From Candidatus Latescibacterota bacterium (GTDB lineage Bacteria > Latescibacterota > UBA2968 > UBA8231), in assembly GCA_965197905.1 (NCBI GenBank), contig CBDAOB010000005.1, positions 1,088,001 to 1,152,000 of the forward strand: a DNA stretch of 64,000 nt, in the 5' to 3' direction. Below, in pieces: positions 60,759 through 64,000 of the stretch (the first letter of the stretch is position 1; each line of letters begins with the position of its first letter). Under the pieces are notes generated by a model. The model saw nothing but the letters and a program-made list of their open reading frames with translations. It searched no databases and was not told the DNA's origin. A program made the translations under genes and the position numbers.

Positions 60759-62015
60759 ATGACAGACACGAATAGCGGTTCGACCCTGATTCTTCCTGCG
60801 CTCCTGTTCGACGGTACCGGCAGCAGTGCCAAAGCCGATCAAGCGGTCCTGATTGCGGACGGAGCGATCTCTGCTGTCGGAGATACGGCCCAGATCGTGG
60901 CCGGCGCGCCGTCGTCGGAGACCATTGAGCTCGACTCAGCCTGTTTGACCCCCGGACTGATCGACGGACATACCCATCTGAGCCTCGCCGGAGACGACCG
61001 GGACTACATCGGTCAATTCGCCGACAGCGACGAGGTGATGGTACTGACCGGGGCCATGAACATGCGCAAACATCTCGCTGCGGGAATTACCTCCATACGC
61101 GAGCACGGCGCCCGAAACATGGTCGGCTTCGCGCTGAAAGAGGGATGGAGCCGCGGTTACATTCCGGGCCCAACCATGTTGGTCAGCGGCCGGCCGCTGA
61201 CGTGTACCGGCGGACACTTCCACATGTGCAACGAGGTGGCAGACGGCGAGGAGGAGATCCGCAAATCGGTACGGCGTTTGGTGCACGAAGGCGCCGACTA
61301 CATAAAGATCATGGCATCCGGAGGGGGGACGATCGGCACGGAACCTGGTGTGGCGTCATATTCGCAGGAGGAGCTGCACGCGGCGGTTCATGAAGCCGCC
61401 AATTTCGGCCGCGTGACCGCCGCCCATTGTCGAGCTCGAGAATCCATGTTACGGGCCGTCAAGGCGGGTATTCACCTTATCGAGCACGCCGAGTTCCTCG
61501 ACCCGGAGATGAACTATAGCTTCGATCCGAAGCTAGCGGAGATGATGGTGGATTCCGGGGTATGGGTCAGTCCCACCATCCAGGCAAGCATCGGCTACCA
61601 GCGGAGCCTCGAGCTCGAACAGCTGCGCGAGGCCAGCGAGCTCACCTCGGCTCAAGCGGCCGAGCTGGACGGGCTGCTGGATAAGCGAACCCGTCGCCTG
61701 GAGGTGTTGCGCCGCATGCTTGAGTACGATCTGCGCGAACGCATCGTGCCGGGCACCGACTCGGGCGTGCGCTACCTCGCCTTCGGTCACATGGATTTCG
61801 AGTTGCGCCTGTTGGTGGAGGTCGGTTTTACCCCCGCAGAAGCCCTCAAGGCGGTCACGGCGATCTCAGCCACCGCCGTGGGTCTCACCGACAGAGGAAC
61901 CATCGAGCCGGGAAAGGTGGCGGACCTGGCTGCCTTCGAAGGGGATCCTACCAAAGATATCGGGGCGTTGAGTCGCGTCGTGGCGGTCTTTCAAGCAGGT
62001 CGACGCGTCCGCTAA
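60759..62015 (+). CDS. Metal-dependent amidohydrolase (prolidase-like)
   Basis: PGLIDGHTH, IKIMASGG, AAH, IEHA, GTDSG and GTIEPGKVADL motifs. Confidence 0.9.
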   Translation: MTDTNSGSTLILPALLFDGTGSSAKADQAVLIADGAISAVGDTAQIVAGAPSSETIELDSACLTPGLIDGHTHLSLAGDDRDYIGQFADSDEVMVLTGAMNMRKHLAAGITSIREHGARNMVGFALKEGWSRGYIPGPTMLVSGRPLTCTGGHFHMCNEVADGEEEIRKSVRRLVHEGADYIKIMASGGGTIGTEPGVASYSQEELHAAVHEAANFGRVTAAHCRARESMLRAVKAGIHLIEHAEFLDPEMNYSFDPKLAEMMVDSGVWVSPTIQASIGYQRSLELEQLREASELTSAQAAELDGLLDKRTRRLEVLRRMLEYDLRERIVPGTDSGVRYLAFGHMDFELRLLVEVGFTPAEALKAVTAISATAVGLTDRGTIEPGKVADLAAFEGDPTKDIGALSRVVAVFQAGRRVR

Positions 62016-62045
62016 TGCCACAGGCTGCCGGCTTCGAGGATTTCT

Positions 62046-62681
62046 TCATTTCAACAGACTCTTCCTGCCTACCGCGCGACACAGCGGACAAGCGCGAAAA
62101 TCGTGAGACCGCGCCGGGCAGTGTTCCCGGCCGAAGTAGATGATCTGCAGATGCAGCTTAATCCACGCTTCCTCGGGGAAAAGCCGTTTCAGATCGCGCT
62201 CGGTCTGCACGACGTTTTTGCCGGATGAAAGTCCCCAGCGGAAGGCTAACCGGTGAATGTGGGTGTCTACCGGAAAGGTCGGGATGCCGAAATTCTGGGC
62301 CAAAACCACCTGCGCCGTCTTGTGGCCGACACCGGGCAATTCCTCCAGCTCCTCCAGCGACCGAGGCACCTGGCCTTCATGCTTCGCCAGCAGGATCTTG
62401 GACAACCCGCGAATCGCTTTCGACTTTCGCGGCGCCAGTCCGCACGGCCGGATGACCCGCTCGATCTGTTGAGAAGTGAGCTTTGCCATCTGCGTGGGCG
62501 TGCTGGCGCGGGCAAACAGAATCGGTGTCACCTGATTGACGCGGACGTCGGTGCACTGCGCCGACAGGAGCACGGCGACGAGATGGGTGTACGGGTCGCG
62601 ACTCTCCAGCGGCAGCTCGACCCGAGGGTAGAGGCCGTCCAGCGTCTGCATGATGATTCGCGCCTTTTCAGCCTTCGTCAT
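62046..62681 (-). CDS. nth: Endonuclease III
   Basis: LLSAQCTDVRVN, LPGVGHKTA (HhH), VDTH and GREHCPAR motifs. Confidence 0.93.
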   Translation of the reverse strand: MTKAEKARIIMQTLDGLYPRVELPLESRDPYTHLVAVLLSAQCTDVRVNQVTPILFARASTPTQMAKLTSQQIERVIRPCGLAPRKSKAIRGLSKILLAKHEGQVPRSLEELEELPGVGHKTAQVVLAQNFGIPTFPVDTHIHRLAFRWGLSSGKNVVQTERDLKRLFPEEAWIKLHLQIIYFGREHCPARSHDFRACPLCRAVGRKSLLK

Positions 62682-63528
62682 CGGGCTGCTGGCGATGGTT
62701 TTCAAGGAACGCGTCGATCAAGTGGCGCGAGATGCTTATGGAAGGTGGCAGATCGGGCAGGTTGTCGGCTGAGAACCAGTCGGCGTGGGAAAGCTCTCCA
62801 TCGTGCAGGCAAATCTCACCCCCAGCGTACTTGGCGGTAAACCCCAGCATGAGGGAGTTGGGAAACGGCCACGGCTGGCTGGCGAAGTATTCGATGTCCC
62901 GAATCTGGACACCCACTTCCTCTTCCACTTCCCGCTCAACGGCTTCTTCCAAGGTCTCGCCCGGCTCCACGAAGCCGGCAATGATGCTGTATCGACCCTT
63001 GGGGAAACGGCGATTGTGTGCCAGCAGGAGTTGGTTGTCCCGTTCGATGCACACGATGATGGCGGGCGAAAGCCGGGGAAAGGAGAGCAGACCGCAGGAC
63101 GGGCAGGCAAGGGCTCTTTCGTTGGGCCGTGGCTGCGTCGGCGTTCCGCACTGTCCGCAATACTGGTGGGTCCGTGCCCAGGCGACGATCTGCACCGCCC
63201 GTCCGGCCATCGCCATCGATTGGTCATCCAAACGACCGAACAGCTCGCGCAGTCCCGAAAACTCGAATCCGGAGGGGGCGGGAGCGTTGTGCTCCAGCTC
63301 GACAGCCTCGATGTGGGTGCCGGAAATATGCCCGAGATAATGCCTCCGGACCTCGACTAACGACGATGCATGAGGTTTGTCGTCCAGGTTCGGTACCGAG
63401 ACGACCTCGTCGGCCTGGTGGACCAGAAGCTCATCACCCCGGAAACAGAAGTGAAGCGTGGGTCCGCTGGCGTTCGGGGGGTGCGAGACCGCCGAAACGA
63501 ACGTTGCACTCGGAAACGGATTGTTCAA
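62668..63528 (-). CDS. nudC: NAD(+) diphosphatase NudC
   Basis: CGQCG/CPSC zinc ribbon; Nudix box GFVEPGETLEEAVEREVEEEVG; SQPWPFPNS. Confidence 0.95.
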   Translation of the reverse strand: MNNPFPSATFVSAVSHPPNASGPTLHFCFRGDELLVHQADEVVSVPNLDDKPHASSLVEVRRHYLGHISGTHIEAVELEHNAPAPSGFEFSGLRELFGRLDDQSMAMAGRAVQIVAWARTHQYCGQCGTPTQPRPNERALACPSCGLLSFPRLSPAIIVCIERDNQLLLAHNRRFPKGRYSIIAGFVEPGETLEEAVEREVEEEVGVQIRDIEYFASQPWPFPNSLMLGFTAKYAGGEICLHDGELSHADWFSADNLPDLPPSISISRHLIDAFLENHRQQPDDEG

Positions 63529-63584
63529 ATCTTCAGGACCTTCCCGGGCTCATGATGTTCTTCCGATCCAACGCGGCCGGCATG

Positions 63585-64000
63585 TCACAGAATGCCGTAG
63601 GTGTCGTAGGCTTCCTGAGCGGACATGCCGTTCTCGATCGCCGTGCGCACGGTACTTTCACCCCGCACCTTCTCCAACGCGGCAGAAACGATCTCGTCTT
63701 CGGACTCCCTCGGAACCACCAACACTCCATCCAGGTCGCCGAAAATAAGATCGCCCGGTTCCACGTGGACGCCGTTGGCAAAGGATATGGAACAACGGAA
63801 GTCCACCACGCGGCCGCGAACCTGCTGGTCCTGACCGTACCGCCCCAGCGAAAAGGTCGGAAAATCGAGTGCCAGGATCTCCCGAGTATCGCGGGAGCAG
63901 GCGTTCAATACCGCGCCTGCCGCTCCCAGCTGCAGAGCGCGGGTTGTCATGAGCCCGCCCCACGCGGCAAAGGTCGGCGATCCTCCCGTGCACAGGTAGA
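63585..64000 (-). CDS. RraA/HMG-aldolase family protein, partial (5' end beyond the window)
   Basis: WGGLM, GAAGAV...RD and VEPGDLIFGDLDGVLVVP motifs. Confidence 0.85.
   Translation of the reverse strand, partial: YLCTGGSPTFAAWGGLMTTRALQLGAAGAVLNACSRDTREILALDFPTFSLGRYGQDQQVRGRVVDFRCSISFANGVHVEPGDLIFGDLDGVLVVPRESEDEIVSAALEKVRGESTVRTAIENGMSAQEAYDTYGIL

Noticed and set aside
1..64000. CRISPR arrays, tRNA/rRNA genes, prophage or defence systems
   Set aside because: No spaced direct repeats, cloverleafs, rRNA-like sequence or phage/defence motifs found by eye.

Overview
High-GC bacterial chromosomal window. FlgD-Ig and SWGxLK-tailed exported proteins, PhyH, FGE-sulfatase and GHL6 genes suggest a Latescibacterota/Poribacteria-like uncultured lineage; this is inference. 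The first 17 kb hold four paralogues of an unrecognised ~950-1000 aa exported protein. Each has an Asp/Asn-rich DxDxDG-type block, hypervariable loops and a beta-strand-like C-terminal region, and they are interleaved with a sialidase-like gene and a sodium:solute symporter. Carbohydrate and sugar-acid catabolic genes follow: Gfo/Idh/MocA oxidoreductases, an isomerase, a RGLX/YetA-like lyase, an enolase, AraD1, two GHL6-like hydrolases and a GH127-like gene. Highlights: (1) an archaeal-type pantoate kinase + phosphopantothenate synthetase pair; (2) a peroxiredoxin missed by the ORF track, with in-frame TGA at the peroxidatic Cys and a SECIS-like hairpin; (3) a complete IS1182-family element with CTAG duplication splitting the GH127-like gene; (4) a perfect FNR-type box and a second motif shared by two intergenic regions. 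Many genes carry small frameshifts, several of which look like sequencing errors. No rRNA, tRNA or CRISPR array was seen.
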